The notes under the pieces: model-generated | The model's database searches: none | Seen by the model: only the letters and a program-made list of their open reading frames with translations | Told to the model about the DNA's origin: nothing | Position numbers and translations under genes: made by a program | In this document: positions 1 to 9,150 of the stretch, piece by piece | How the letters are laid out: every line of letters starts with the position of its first letter | Numbering within the stretch: the first letter of the stretch is position 1 | DNA from: Candidatus Binataceae bacterium | Lineage (GTDB): Bacteria > Desulfobacterota > Binatia > Binatales > Binataceae | Length of the DNA: 64,000 bases | Assembly (NCBI GenBank): GCA_035531615.1 | Contig: DATKSQ010000143.1 | Span: 22,449 to 86,448 of the forward strand | Reading direction: 5' to 3'

Positions 1-1413
1 CGCGCGGGCCGAGAGCCCGAGCCGGTTGATCGCGAGTTCGAGCAGCTTTTCCCCCGCGCTTTCGACCGTGCAATGTTGATGCAGCTCGCGCGCACCCATC
101 TGTGAGTTGCTGTAGATCGCCATCCCGGCGAAGCGGGCGAGTTGATGCGCCCGCGCACGGTTGACGCGATCGCGAATCGCGCTCGAGGACTCGCCGGCGT
201 GCTTGTCGGTCAAGTCCTTGTACTTCACCGCGGGTACTTCGATATGGATATCGATCCGGTCGAGCAGCGGGCCCGAGATTCGCGAGCGATAACGCTGGAT
301 ATCGAGCGGCGAGCATGAGCATTCGTGCTGCGGGTCGGTGTAGAAGCCGCAGGGGCACGGATTCATCGCCGCGATCAGCATCACGTTTGCGGGAAAGGTC
401 AGCGTCCCCATCACGCGCGAGATCGTAATCCTGGAATCCTCGAGCGGCTGGCGCAGCACCTCGAGCACGTTCTTGCGGAACTCGGGCAGCTCATCGAGGA
501 ACAGCACGCCGCAGTGCGCAAGGCTGACCTCGCCAGGGCGAGGAATCGGCCCGCCGCCGATAAGGCCCGCGTCGGAGATCGTATGATGCGGTGAGCGAAA
601 CGGCCGCGTCGCGATCAGCGCCTGCCCATCGAGCAGCCCCATCACGCTGTGGACCTTGGTGGTTTCGATTGCCTCCTCGAAGCTCATCGCGGGCAGCACG
701 GTCGGCAGGCGCTTGGCCAGCATCGTCTTGCCCGAGCCGGGCGGACCGATCATCAGCACGTTATGGCCGCCGGCGGCGGCGACTTCGAGCGCGCGCTTGG
801 CCTGCTCCTGGCCTTTCACCTCGCTGAAATCGACGTCGTATTTCGCGGCGTTCAAGAACAGTTCGTCAAGGTTCGCGGCGGCGGGCTCGATCGTGCGGCT
901 GCCGTCAAAAAACTCGATCGCCTCGCGCAGATTGCTCACGCCGATAATCGGAGTCGCGTCTCCGACCACCGCCGCCTCGCGCGCGTTTTCCGCCGGCAGC
1001 ACCGCGCCCTCGAATTTCCGCGTGCGCGCCAACAGGGCCGAGGGCAGGGCGCCCTTGATCCCCTTGACCCGTCCGTCGAGTGCAAGCTCGCCGAGCACCA
1101 GGTAGCGGCGCATCCGCTCGCGATCGCGAATCTGTCCGTTCGCGCCCAAGAGCGCGATCGCCAGCGGCAGATCGAAAGCGGAGCCTTCCTTGCGGGTATC
1201 GGCCGGGGCCAGATTGATCGTGATCTTGCGGCCCGGGAAATCGTAGCCTGAGTTGCGCAGGGCGGACTTGATTCGATCGAGCGCTTCGAGCACGGATTTC
1301 TCCGGCAGCCCAACCATCTTGAGCGCCGGCATCCCGCCCGAGATGTCGATCTCGACCTCGACCGGGTACGCATCGACACCCGCAAGTGCGCTCGAGATTA
1401 CGCTGGCTAACAA
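1..1413 (-). CDS. comM: Mg-chelatase-like AAA+ ATPase ComM/YifB; the C-terminus runs off the left edge
   Basis: The minus-strand frame is open from base 1 to a TTG at 1411-1413, with an in-frame stop just upstream at 1441-1443. My translation reads LLASVISSALAGVDAYPVEVEIDISGGMPALKMVGLPE..., Walker A GPPGSGKT, GVLFLDELPEF, and ends ...AINRLGLSARA at base 1. It is absent from the ORF track because there is no stop inside the window. Confidence 0.9.
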   Translation of the reverse strand, partial: MLASVISSALAGVDAYPVEVEIDISGGMPALKMVGLPEKSVLEALDRIKSALRNSGYDFPGRKITINLAPADTRKEGSAFDLPLAIALLGANGQIRDRERMRRYLVLGELALDGRVKGIKGALPSALLARTRKFEGAVLPAENAREAAVVGDATPIIGVSNLREAIEFFDGSRTIEPAAANLDELFLNAAKYDVDFSEVKGQEQAKRALEVAAAGGHNVLMIGPPGSGKTMLAKRLPTVLPAMSFEEAIETTKVHSVMGLLDGQALIATRPFRSPHHTISDAGLIGGGPIPRPGEVSLAHCGVLFLDELPEFRKNVLEVLRQPLEDSRITISRVMGTLTFPANVMLIAAMNPCPCGFYTDPQHECSCSPLDIQRYRSRISGPLLDRIDIHIEVPAVKYKDLTDKHAGESSSAIRDRVNRARAHQLARFAGMAIYSNSQMGARELHQHCTVESAGEKLLELAINRLGLSARA

Positions 1414-1520
1414 CCGAAGCCCCCCATTGCGCGCAAATCGCTACGGCAGGGAACTTTAGCGCATCGCAGCGATTTGCGCGAAGCGTATGTGGCGAAACTT
1501 CGCCAGATGATCGCCCCGGC

Positions 1521-1570
1521 TCAAGCCCACACGGCGCCCGCCTCGATCAGCTCGTCGCGCTCGGCGCGGC
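1521..1570 (-). pseudogene. Relic copy of the last ~16 codons plus stop of the CoA-transferase gene at 2364-3590
   Basis: Gap-free manual alignment with 2364-2413 gives 46/50 identical. It encodes ...RAERDELIEAGAVWA-stop versus the functional ...RAERDELIAAGAVWA-stop. No gene body is attached upstream of it. Confidence 0.7.
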
Positions 1571-1623
1571 GATTGCCGAACCTACCGTGTGTACTTGCGA
1601 TGGCATTTGCTATGGTATCAACC

Positions 1624-1896
1624 ATGGAAAATGGCACCCAGTTGAGGATCGACAAGGCCGGGCGCATCGTAATTCCCAAGGCGTTGCGCGAGAGGTATGG
1701 GTTTGCGCCAGGTGTCAGCGTGGAAGCGCACGAAGGCGCTGGTGGATTGGTCTTGAAGGTCGCGTCGGCGGGCCCCGCGTTGGTTCGGGACAAGGGTCTG
1801 CTCGTGCATCAAGGCGAGCCGCCGGAACATCTGGATTGGCAGCGGGTTATCGAAGAGGTGCGTCAAGAGCGGCACCGGGCAATTCTGGACTCGTGA
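1624..1896 (+). CDS. vapB: AbrB/SpoVT-fold antitoxin (VapB-type)
   Basis: MENGTQLRIDKAGRIVIPKALRERYGF is a typical SpoVT/AbrB swapped-hairpin motif. The internal ATG at 1624 of track ORF 1474-1896 was chosen as start. The gene lies 4 nt upstream of a PIN gene. Confidence 0.8.
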   Translation: MENGTQLRIDKAGRIVIPKALRERYGFAPGVSVEAHEGAGGLVLKVASAGPALVRDKGLLVHQGEPPEHLDWQRVIEEVRQERHRAILDS

Positions 1897-1900
1897 AGAA

Positions 1901-2338
1901 ATGGAACTCTTTTTCGATACGTCCGTTTTAGTTGCCGCAGCCGTGCGCCATCATCCGCATCATCCCCAGGCGGCAAGAGCGCTCAGAGAATCGTTCGGCG
2001 GAAGACATTCGGGGTTTCTCGCCGTTCATAGTATAGCCGAAACCTATGCGGTGCTTACTCGGCTGCCGATTCTGCCGGCGATCCATCCGAGCGAAGCCTT
2101 GCGAATCATCGAGGAGAACTTCCTCGCGCATCTGCATCCGCTGTCGCTCGGGGCAAAAGAGTATCGGGAAGTGGTAAAAGAAGTCGCCGAGATGGGGTTG
2201 AAGGGTGGAGTGATTTACGACGCGCTATTGTTGCGCTGTGCGCGGAAGCGGAACTTCGATCGCATTTACACGTTCAACGTCGGCCATTTTCGCGGTCTTG
2301 CCCCGAGCCTGGAAGAGCGCATCTGCGCGCCCGCGTAA
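1901..2338 (+). CDS. vapC: PIN-domain ribonuclease toxin VapC
   Basis: MELFFDTSVLVAAAV carries the N-terminal acidic PIN motif. Later acidic residues, the ~145-aa size and the position directly after an AbrB antitoxin fit VapC. Confidence 0.85.
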   Translation: MELFFDTSVLVAAAVRHHPHHPQAARALRESFGGRHSGFLAVHSIAETYAVLTRLPILPAIHPSEALRIIEENFLAHLHPLSLGAKEYREVVKEVAEMGLKGGVIYDALLLRCARKRNFDRIYTFNVGHFRGLAPSLEERICAPA

Positions 2339-2363
2339 CAATGCGCGGCCTTCAGAATGTACT

Positions 2364-3590
2364 TCACGCCCACACGGCGCCGGCCGCGATCAACTCGTCG
2401 CGCTCGGCGCGGCCGAGTCCCAGAATATCGCCGAGAACGTAGTCGCCATTCTCGCCGACATCGGGGCCGACTGAGCGCACGATGCCGGAGCCGTTCGAGG
2501 TGCGAAATGGAATTCCGGTCACTTGGGTAGCCGCGCCGGCCGAGGTGACGACGGTCGGCCAGAAGCCGCGCGCTTGAAGCTGCGGATCGCGCGCGCAGAG
2601 ATCGATTCCGTTTTCGACCACGCCGGCCGCCACGCGCGCGTCTTGCAGCGTCGTCATCACCTCTTCGGGCGATCGCTCGGCGGTCCATCGCGAGATCTGC
2701 GCGTCCAGCTCGGCGCGATTGCGGATGCGCAGGTAGAGCGTGCGGAATTTCGCGTCGGTCGTCCATTGCGGCGAGCCGAGTGCGGCGGTGAAGCGCTCCC
2801 ATTCAGCCTGCGTATGCACCGAAATCGCGACCCAGCGGTCGTCCGCGATCTCGCCGGGGTCGGAATCGGCGCCGCCGCGCGGGCGGCATCGGTAAACCCC
2901 GTGTGGCGCGGCGGGCGCTTCCTGCGAATCGTAGCCGAAGGGTTTTTGCTCGCGGCCGTTGACGGAGATATCGAGCAGCGCCGGACCGATCACGGCGGTG
3001 ACCGCCTCGAACTGCGAGAGATCGACGAACTGGCCGCGTCCGGTGCGCTTGCGATTCCACAGCGCCGCAAGCGCCGCCAGCGCCCCGGCGTATCCGCCGC
3101 ACATGTCGGCATACGAATATCCGTAGCCGGCCGGTGTGCCGTCGGGCTCCGCCATCAGGAGCGTAAATCCTGAAAGCGCCTGAAGTGTGGGGCCGTAGCT
3201 GACGTAGCTCGAACGCGGGCCGGTGTGCCCGAGGCCCGACATGCTGATGCAAATGATGTCGGGTTTGATTTTTTGCAGGCTCGCGTAATCCATACCCCAT
3301 CCGCGCATCACGCGCGCCGAGAAATTATCGATCACGAGATCGGATTTGGCGGCGAGCTGGCGCGCCAGGTCGACGCCGCGCGGATTTCCCATATTGATCG
3401 CGGCCGAGAGCTTGCCGCGATGCAGATCGCACTGCAGGCCGAGCTTGCGGTTGCCGAGCGGCGGCGGATTCTTGCGCTCGATCTTGATGACCTGCGCGCC
3501 GTGGTCGGCCAGAATCCGCGTCGCGACCGGACCGGCGACGACCCAGGTGAAATCGAGCACGCGAATTCCCTCGAGCGGCAGGCGCGCCAT
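2364..3590 (-). CDS. Family III (CaiB/BaiF) CoA-transferase
   Basis: MARLPLEGIRVLDFTWVVAGPVATRILADHGAQVIKIE is the canonical family III N-terminus. The start at 3590 is internal to the track ORF and lies 2 nt after the stop of the upstream paralog. Confidence 0.9.
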   Translation of the reverse strand: MARLPLEGIRVLDFTWVVAGPVATRILADHGAQVIKIERKNPPPLGNRKLGLQCDLHRGKLSAAINMGNPRGVDLARQLAAKSDLVIDNFSARVMRGWGMDYASLQKIKPDIICISMSGLGHTGPRSSYVSYGPTLQALSGFTLLMAEPDGTPAGYGYSYADMCGGYAGALAALAALWNRKRTGRGQFVDLSQFEAVTAVIGPALLDISVNGREQKPFGYDSQEAPAAPHGVYRCRPRGGADSDPGEIADDRWVAISVHTQAEWERFTAALGSPQWTTDAKFRTLYLRIRNRAELDAQISRWTAERSPEEVMTTLQDARVAAGVVENGIDLCARDPQLQARGFWPTVVTSAGAATQVTGIPFRTSNGSGIVRSVGPDVGENGDYVLGDILGLGRAERDELIAAGAVWA

Positions 3591-3592
3591 CG

Positions 3593-4798
3593 TCAGATAA
3601 CTCCTTCTGCCGCAAGCGCCGCGAGTTCGCCCGATTCGAGTCCCAGCTCGTCGCGCAAGATCTCGCCCGAATGCTCTCCGACCAGCGGCGGACGCCGATA
3701 CACCCGCCAAGGCGTGCCGTTCATCACGTACGGAGCGCCGGGATAGCGGAAGCTGCGCCCGAGTTCGGGATGCTCGACCTCGACGAAGAAGCCGCGCGCC
3801 GCGAGCTGTTCATCGTCGAACAGCGCCTCGGGCTTGCGCACGATCGCGTAGGGCTGGCGCAGAAGCTGCGCGCGCTCGAGCAGTTCGTCGCGCGGATAGC
3901 CGGCGACCCAATCGTCGAGCACGTCGAACAGATGCTCCGCCATCAGGTAGCGATGCATCACCTGGTCGTAGGCGGGGTCGTCCAGGTCCTGCGCTTTGCC
4001 GTCGGCCTTGACCCATTCGATAAGCGAGGTCCAGTCGCCGAGGGTGCAGTGCATGATGTAACCGTCGCGGCATCGCGCGACCCGAAAGAAGCGGCTCCAA
4101 TGCAGGGTGCCGCGGCGCGGCTCGGCGATCTTGTTTTCAAAGTAGCTGCCCGCCACATGCTCGACCGCGGAGGCCGTCGCCTCCTGCATCGAAAGGTCGA
4201 TCCACGCGCCCTCGCCGCTATGGTCGCGGGCGAACAGCGCGCAGAGCGCGGCGATCGCGCCGTAATGCGCGCCGCAATGATAGGCCTGCAAGCCGAGAGG
4301 ACGCACGGGCGGCTGGCCGGGAGATCCGTTGACGTAGAGCATCCCGGACATCGCGGAAAGCACGGTGTCGTCGGCCTTGAAATCCCGATACGGACCGGTC
4401 TGCCCGAACGGCGCAATCGAGAGCAGGATGAGCGCGGGATTCTCGTGCCGTAAATCCTCGAAGCCGAGCCCGAGCCGCGCCATCGTGCCGGGGGCGAAGT
4501 TTTCGATGACGATATCCGCCGAACGCGCGAGCCGGCGCAGCAACTCGGCGCCGCCCTGATGATGGACATCGAGCGTCAGTGAGCGCTTGTTCAGATTGTA
4601 GAACCAGAAGAACAGCGAGCGGTCGGGATGCGGTGTGTCGCCGGCGAACGGTCCGATCCGGCGCGCCGGATCTCCGCCCGGCGGCTCGACCTTGATCACG
4701 TCGGCGCCAAGGTCGGCGAACAGGCGCGCGCAGAGTTGGGCGCGATGGTCGGTCAGATCGAGAACGCGCAGGCCCTCGAGCGCGCCGGGCGGATTCAC
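3593..4798 (-). CDS. Family III (CaiB/BaiF) CoA-transferase, tandem paralog
   Basis: LEGLRVLDLTDHRAQLCARLFADLGADVIKVEPPGGDPAR. The GTG start overlaps the stop of the upstream 84-aa ORF (GTGA). Confidence 0.9.
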   Translation of the reverse strand: MNPPGALEGLRVLDLTDHRAQLCARLFADLGADVIKVEPPGGDPARRIGPFAGDTPHPDRSLFFWFYNLNKRSLTLDVHHQGGAELLRRLARSADIVIENFAPGTMARLGLGFEDLRHENPALILLSIAPFGQTGPYRDFKADDTVLSAMSGMLYVNGSPGQPPVRPLGLQAYHCGAHYGAIAALCALFARDHSGEGAWIDLSMQEATASAVEHVAGSYFENKIAEPRRGTLHWSRFFRVARCRDGYIMHCTLGDWTSLIEWVKADGKAQDLDDPAYDQVMHRYLMAEHLFDVLDDWVAGYPRDELLERAQLLRQPYAIVRKPEALFDDEQLAARGFFVEVEHPELGRSFRYPGAPYVMNGTPWRVYRRPPLVGEHSGEILRDELGLESGELAALAAEGVI

Positions 4799-5049
4799 TT
4801 GCCGAGCTTGCGCGGCGCCGCGCCCAGCCGCTCGATGGCGAACGGGCTTACATCGAGGGTTGGCGCGATTTCCTGCAGGACTTCGTTGTGGCGTCCGGTG
4901 CGTCGGCCGCCGATGACGCGGATCGTCTCGAAAGTGTCGGGATTAACCCATCGTACGCCGAGCACGCAGGGTTTGGCCTGCCCGTCTTCATCGACGGAAA
5001 TTTCGGCCTCTCCGGGTTTGTCGAAGTAGGTGACTTTTCTAAGCGACAT
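4795..5049 (-). CDS. Hypothetical 84-aa protein translationally coupled to the CoA-transferase pair
   Basis: The intact ORF shows GC3-rich codon usage like its neighbours, and its stop overlaps the downstream start. I recognise no family. Confidence 0.55.
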   Translation of the reverse strand: MSLRKVTYFDKPGEAEISVDEDGQAKPCVLGVRWVNPDTFETIRVIGGRRTGRHNEVLQEIAPTLDVSPFAIERLGAAPRKLGK

Positions 5050-5133
5050 CTTGACGATGCTCCTGAGTTGCTGATCATACGAAGCCCGGCGGAGTTATTC
5101 AAACGGGCGCGGGATGGGAACGCAAGCTGGTCA

Positions 5134-5466
5134 CTATGCCTTGAACAAGTTTTGCACGGCTGTCGCTATCGCGCGCCGGTCGGGCTCCGATAACGTGCCC
5201 GCCCTGCGCAGGATGAGCCGGTTATCCAGCGTGAAGAGCTTCAATCTAACCTTTGAGGGAGCGCGCAGCCCCGCGGCCGCGGAATCGATTGGCACGTCCA
5301 TCGGCCACGGAGGATTCGCGGCGCTGGTGATCATCGCCAGGACCGTGTGGGCGCTGCCCGCGCTGAACGCCTCACAGGAAAGCGCCAGCGCCGGCCGCCG
5401 CTTGCTCGCACGGCGGTCGGTGAAGGGAAAAGGCACGACCACCACGTCGTACGGCTTACAGGTCAC
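5134..5466 (-). CDS. mazF: PemK/MazF-family toxin
   Basis: KPYDVVVVPFPFTDRRASKRRPALALS is the hallmark MazF/PemK N-terminus. It overlaps the upstream antitoxin gene by 11 nt. Confidence 0.85.
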   Translation of the reverse strand: MTCKPYDVVVVPFPFTDRRASKRRPALALSCEAFSAGSAHTVLAMITSAANPPWPMDVPIDSAAAGLRAPSKVRLKLFTLDNRLILRRAGTLSEPDRRAIATAVQNLFKA

Positions 5467-5716
5467 CGTATGCCCGGTCGTCGTTCTTCGAATCCCACTC
5501 GGACAGCGTTCCTTCCAGCGCGGAAAGAAACTCGAGTTCGAGATTCTCGGCCTTGCGGATGCGGACAGCGCCGGCCTCCGATTCCTCGAATATCACCGTA
5601 TCCCCCGGCCTGAGATTCAGCTTCTTGCGTACCGGAGCCGGAACGGTGGCTTGGCTCTTACTGGTCAGCCGGCTGCTGGCGATGGGACGGCTGGCGCGAT
5701 GCTTCGGACGTGGCAT
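5456..5716 (-). CDS. mazE: AbrB/MazE-family antitoxin
   Basis: TVPAPVRKKLNLRPGDTVIFEE is a SpoVT/AbrB-type motif, and the tail is acidic. It lies directly upstream of mazF. Confidence 0.8.
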   Translation of the reverse strand: MPRPKHRASRPIASSRLTSKSQATVPAPVRKKLNLRPGDTVIFEESEAGAVRIRKAENLELEFLSALEGTLSEWDSKNDDRAYGDL

Positions 5717-6278
5717 ACATCCTTACGCTGCCTTATAGTATTACGTTAGCGTGAATAATACCGCATTGCCCGCCGCGCCGCAATCCGGTGGTTTGTGGAG
5801 GTGCGTTCAAGACTGGCCCATCGGAGCGCCGCGGCAGGTGCGTGACGCGGCGTCACGCCGCCGTGAGAGTTTGTGATTTTTTCGATCGTTAGCGTTTGGT
5901 TTCATTCCCGCATGCGTGGCCGCCGCGCGCGAGGAATCCTGGAATTGCTGCGCGTGCGCGCCCTGAACGAGGCGACGGACCGGCCGAGCGCTATTCGCAC
6001 TCCGGATTCCCCGTGGCAGCGGCTTTAGCCTGTGATCCTGCACCGGCTTAGGCCGGCGCCACCAAGCCGCGCGCGAGGAGTGACCGCCGCGGATCGCACG
6101 GTGGCAGTAGAATACGATTGACGGCCTGAAGATGACCCGTCGGGCCATCGGACTGACCCACCACCACGCTCTCGCGCGTCTTTGGCGGGTCAGATAATCT
6201 AAGGCGAAAGACGCATCATCGCAGACACTGATAAGGAGACCACAGCGAGCGCGGCATCCGCGTCCGCACCATCCGACC

Positions 6279-9146
6279 GTGCCAGAGACTGACTACAAAT
6301 CCACCCTTGCGCTGCCCAAGACCGACTTTCCGATGAAGGCGAACCTGCCCAAGCGCGAGCCGGACCTTCTGAAGCGCTGGGATGAGATGGACCTCTACGC
6401 GCGCCTGCTCGAAACGCGCAAGGATTGCCCCGCGTGGGTGCTCCACGACGGACCGCCGTACGCCAACGGCCGGGCGCATCTGGGCACCGCGCTCAACAAG
6501 ATTCTCAAGGATTTCGTCGTGCGCTCGCGCTCGATGATGGGCAATAGGACGCCGTTCGTGCCCGGATGGGACTGCCACGGGATGCCGATCGAGCACAAAG
6601 TCTCGCGCGAACTCGGCGCGCAGGCGCGCACGATGTCCAAGCTCGAGTTGCGCAAGCGATGCCGCGCCGAGGCCGAGAAGTGGATCGACTTGCAGCGCGG
6701 CGACTACCGGCGGCTCGGATGTATCGGCGACTGGTTCAATCCGTATCTGACGATGGCGCCCGAGTACGACGCCGCCGAGATTGGCGTGCTGCGCAACCTG
6801 GTCGAGCGCGGCTACGTCTATCGCGGCCTGCGCCCTGTGCATTGGTGCTTCGATTGCCGGACGGGATTGGCGGAGGCCGAAGTCGAATACGGCAATCACA
6901 AGTCGCCGGCGATCTATGTCGCCTTCGCGCTCAATCGCAACGCGGGTGACGCCGAGGCACTCGCGGCCGACGCGGCGGATCGCGCCGAGCTCGCGGCCGC
7001 ACACGCAGCGGGGAATCTGTTCGCCGTCATCTGGACGACGACCCCGTGGACGATCCCCGCAAATCTAGGAATCTGCCTCAACGAGACGTTTGATTACGTG
7101 GCGCTTAAAGCCGGCGCGCGATATTTCATCGTGGCCGCGCGCCTGGCCGAGGCGGTCGCGCAGGCGATCGCGACCGACGGCGGGCTGGCGGTGGAAAAGA
7201 CTATCGCGCTCGAGCGCGGCGCGATTCACGTGCTAGACGGCAAAGATATTTTCCGCCATCCGTTCCTCGAGCGCGACGTAAAGCTGATGTACGGCGAACA
7301 CGTCACCGCCGATACCGGCACCGGTCTGGTGCATACCGCGCCCGGCCACGGCTACGAAGATTTCGTGACCGGCGCGAAGTACGGACTTGAGCCGTTCACT
7401 CCCGTGGATAGCGCGGGCGTGTTCACCGCCGAGGGCGGTGAGTGGGCGGGTCGCAACGTGTTTGCCGCCAATGACGCGATCGTCGCGCGGCTGCGCGAGA
7501 CCGGCGCGCTGCTTGCGGCGCATACGATCGCGCATAGCTATCCGCATTGCTGGCGATGCCACAAGCCGCTCATCTTCCGCGCGACCGAGCAATGGTTTTT
7601 GCGGATCGATCACGACGGGCTGCGCGGCAAAGTTGTCGCGGCGATCGACGGCGTCAACTGGGTTCCCGGATGGTCGCGGGACCGGATCCGCAACATGACC
7701 GAGACCCGTCCGGACTGGAACCTGTCGCGCCAGCGCGCGTGGGGCGTGCCGATTCCGGCGCTGCGCTGCGCGGGATGCGGCAACGTGACGCTCGACTCCG
7801 CGGTGATGAAACTTGCCGAAGCGATCTTCGCCAAAGAAAGCTCCGACGCATGGTTCGAGCGGCCGGCCGCCGACTTCGCTCCCGCTGGACTGAAGTGCCT
7901 GAAATGCTCCGGCGCGTCGTTCACCAAAGAGGAAGACGTGCTCGACGTGTGGTTCGATTCGGGATGCTCGCAGGCCGCCGTGCTCGCGATTCGTCCCGAG
8001 CTTACGTGGCCGGCCGACGCTTACCTTGAGGCGGTCGAGCAGGCGCGCGGATGGTTCGGGTCGTCGCTGACCTGCGCGCTGGCCGAGCGCGGCGCGGCGC
8101 CCTTTCGCGCCGTTATCAGCCACGGGCTTACGGTGGACGAGCGCGGGCGCAAGATGTCGAAGTCGCTCGGCAACACCGAAGACGCGCACGAGGTCGCAAA
8201 CCGCCTCGGCGCCGACGTGATTCGGCTGGTCTATGCGTCGCTCGACTACACGACGGAAATCGCGCTCGGGCCGACGATCTTCAGCGCGGTCGCGGAATCG
8301 TACCGCAAGGTCCGCAACACCTGCCGGTTCCTGCTCGGCAATCTGTTCGATTTCGATCCGGCGCGCGACGCGGTCGCGTACCCGGCGCTGCTCGAATTCG
8401 ATCGCTTCATCCTGGCCCGGCTCGAAGCGCTCAAGACCGTCGTGCGCCGCGCGTTCGACAACTTCGACTTTCAGGCCGCGTACTCGGCGCTGTCGAACTT
8501 TATCGTGGTCGATCTGAGTTCGCTGTATATCGATGTCGCGCGCGACCGGCTCTATTGCGACGCGAATGCCTCTGTGAGCCGCCGCTCGGCGCAGACCAGC
8601 TTGTATCAGATCCTCGACGCGCTGGTGCGGATGCTCGCACCGCTCATCCCCTACACCGCCGACGAAATCTATTCCTACGTCCCCGGCAAAACCGCCGCGA
8701 GCGTGCATCTGCTCGAACTCCAGCCCGCGCATCCCGAATGGACCGATTCCTCGCTCAGTGCGAAATGGGAGCGGCTGCTCGCGGTCCGCGATGACGCGCT
8801 GAAACTCCTCGAAGCGATGCGCAAGGCGGGCACGATCGGCGCCCCGCTCGAAGCCGCGGTCGCGATTGAATCCGGACTCGCCGCCGATCCGGCAGCGCTC
8901 AAGGAATTGTTCATCGTGTCCGAGGTCGTGGCGCTCAACGCCGAAGAAGCAGGAGCGCTCAAGCGCGAGGCCGCGGGCCGCGACGAGGTTTTTTCGAGCG
9001 ACGGCTTTTTCGCCCGCGTGTCATCGGCGGCTGCTCTCACCGGGCGGCGCGCGCCGGGCGTGAAGTGCCATCGATGCTGGTGCTACTTCGACGACGGCGC
9101 CGATCCCGAGTTGTGCCCCCGCTGCCGCGGCGTGGTCAGAGAATGA
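6279..9146 (+). CDS. ileS: Isoleucine--tRNA ligase
   Basis: PETDYKSTLALPKTDFPMKANLPKREP; HIGH-type PYANGRAHLGTA; KMSKS (RKMSKSLGN); C-terminal Zn-binding cysteines CHRCWCY...CPRCRG. The start is GTG. Confidence 0.97.
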   Translation: MPETDYKSTLALPKTDFPMKANLPKREPDLLKRWDEMDLYARLLETRKDCPAWVLHDGPPYANGRAHLGTALNKILKDFVVRSRSMMGNRTPFVPGWDCHGMPIEHKVSRELGAQARTMSKLELRKRCRAEAEKWIDLQRGDYRRLGCIGDWFNPYLTMAPEYDAAEIGVLRNLVERGYVYRGLRPVHWCFDCRTGLAEAEVEYGNHKSPAIYVAFALNRNAGDAEALAADAADRAELAAAHAAGNLFAVIWTTTPWTIPANLGICLNETFDYVALKAGARYFIVAARLAEAVAQAIATDGGLAVEKTIALERGAIHVLDGKDIFRHPFLERDVKLMYGEHVTADTGTGLVHTAPGHGYEDFVTGAKYGLEPFTPVDSAGVFTAEGGEWAGRNVFAANDAIVARLRETGALLAAHTIAHSYPHCWRCHKPLIFRATEQWFLRIDHDGLRGKVVAAIDGVNWVPGWSRDRIRNMTETRPDWNLSRQRAWGVPIPALRCAGCGNVTLDSAVMKLAEAIFAKESSDAWFERPAADFAPAGLKCLKCSGASFTKEEDVLDVWFDSGCSQAAVLAIRPELTWPADAYLEAVEQARGWFGSSLTCALAERGAAPFRAVISHGLTVDERGRKMSKSLGNTEDAHEVANRLGADVIRLVYASLDYTTEIALGPTIFSAVAESYRKVRNTCRFLLGNLFDFDPARDAVAYPALLEFDRFILARLEALKTVVRRAFDNFDFQAAYSALSNFIVVDLSSLYIDVARDRLYCDANASVSRRSAQTSLYQILDALVRMLAPLIPYTADEIYSYVPGKTAASVHLLELQPAHPEWTDSSLSAKWERLLAVRDDALKLLEAMRKAGTIGAPLEAAVAIESGLAADPAALKELFIVSEVVALNAEEAGALKREAAGRDEVFSSDGFFARVSSAAALTGRRAPGVKCHRCWCYFDDGADPELCPRCRGVVRE

Positions 9147-9150
9147 AATC

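Noticed and set aside
649-1385. Several 149-200-aa ORFs on both strands at the left edge
   Set aside because: All are alternative frames of the comM region. The real frame, on the minus strand and open to base 1, gives Walker A and GVLFLDELPEF.
5807-6148. Possible tmRNA, because the minus-strand frame reads ...ANDRKNHKLSRRRDAA..., reminiscent of AND-type tag peptides
   Set aside because: There is no stop after the AA. There is no GGGG...GGATTCGAC 5' end and no T-arm/CCACCA 3' end on either strand. RNase P (GAGGAAAGTCC / ACAGAANCCGGCTTA) and SRP RNA motifs are also absent.
6150-6278. T-box leader upstream of ileS
   Set aside because: There is no GGGTGGTACCGCG-like T-box sequence. The CCCACCACCACGC stretch is only superficially similar and is on the wrong strand.
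7233-8732. 499-aa minus-strand ORF
   Set aside because: It lies entirely antisense to ileS, whose plus-strand translation carries HIGH and KMSKS motifs. Its composition is shadow-like.
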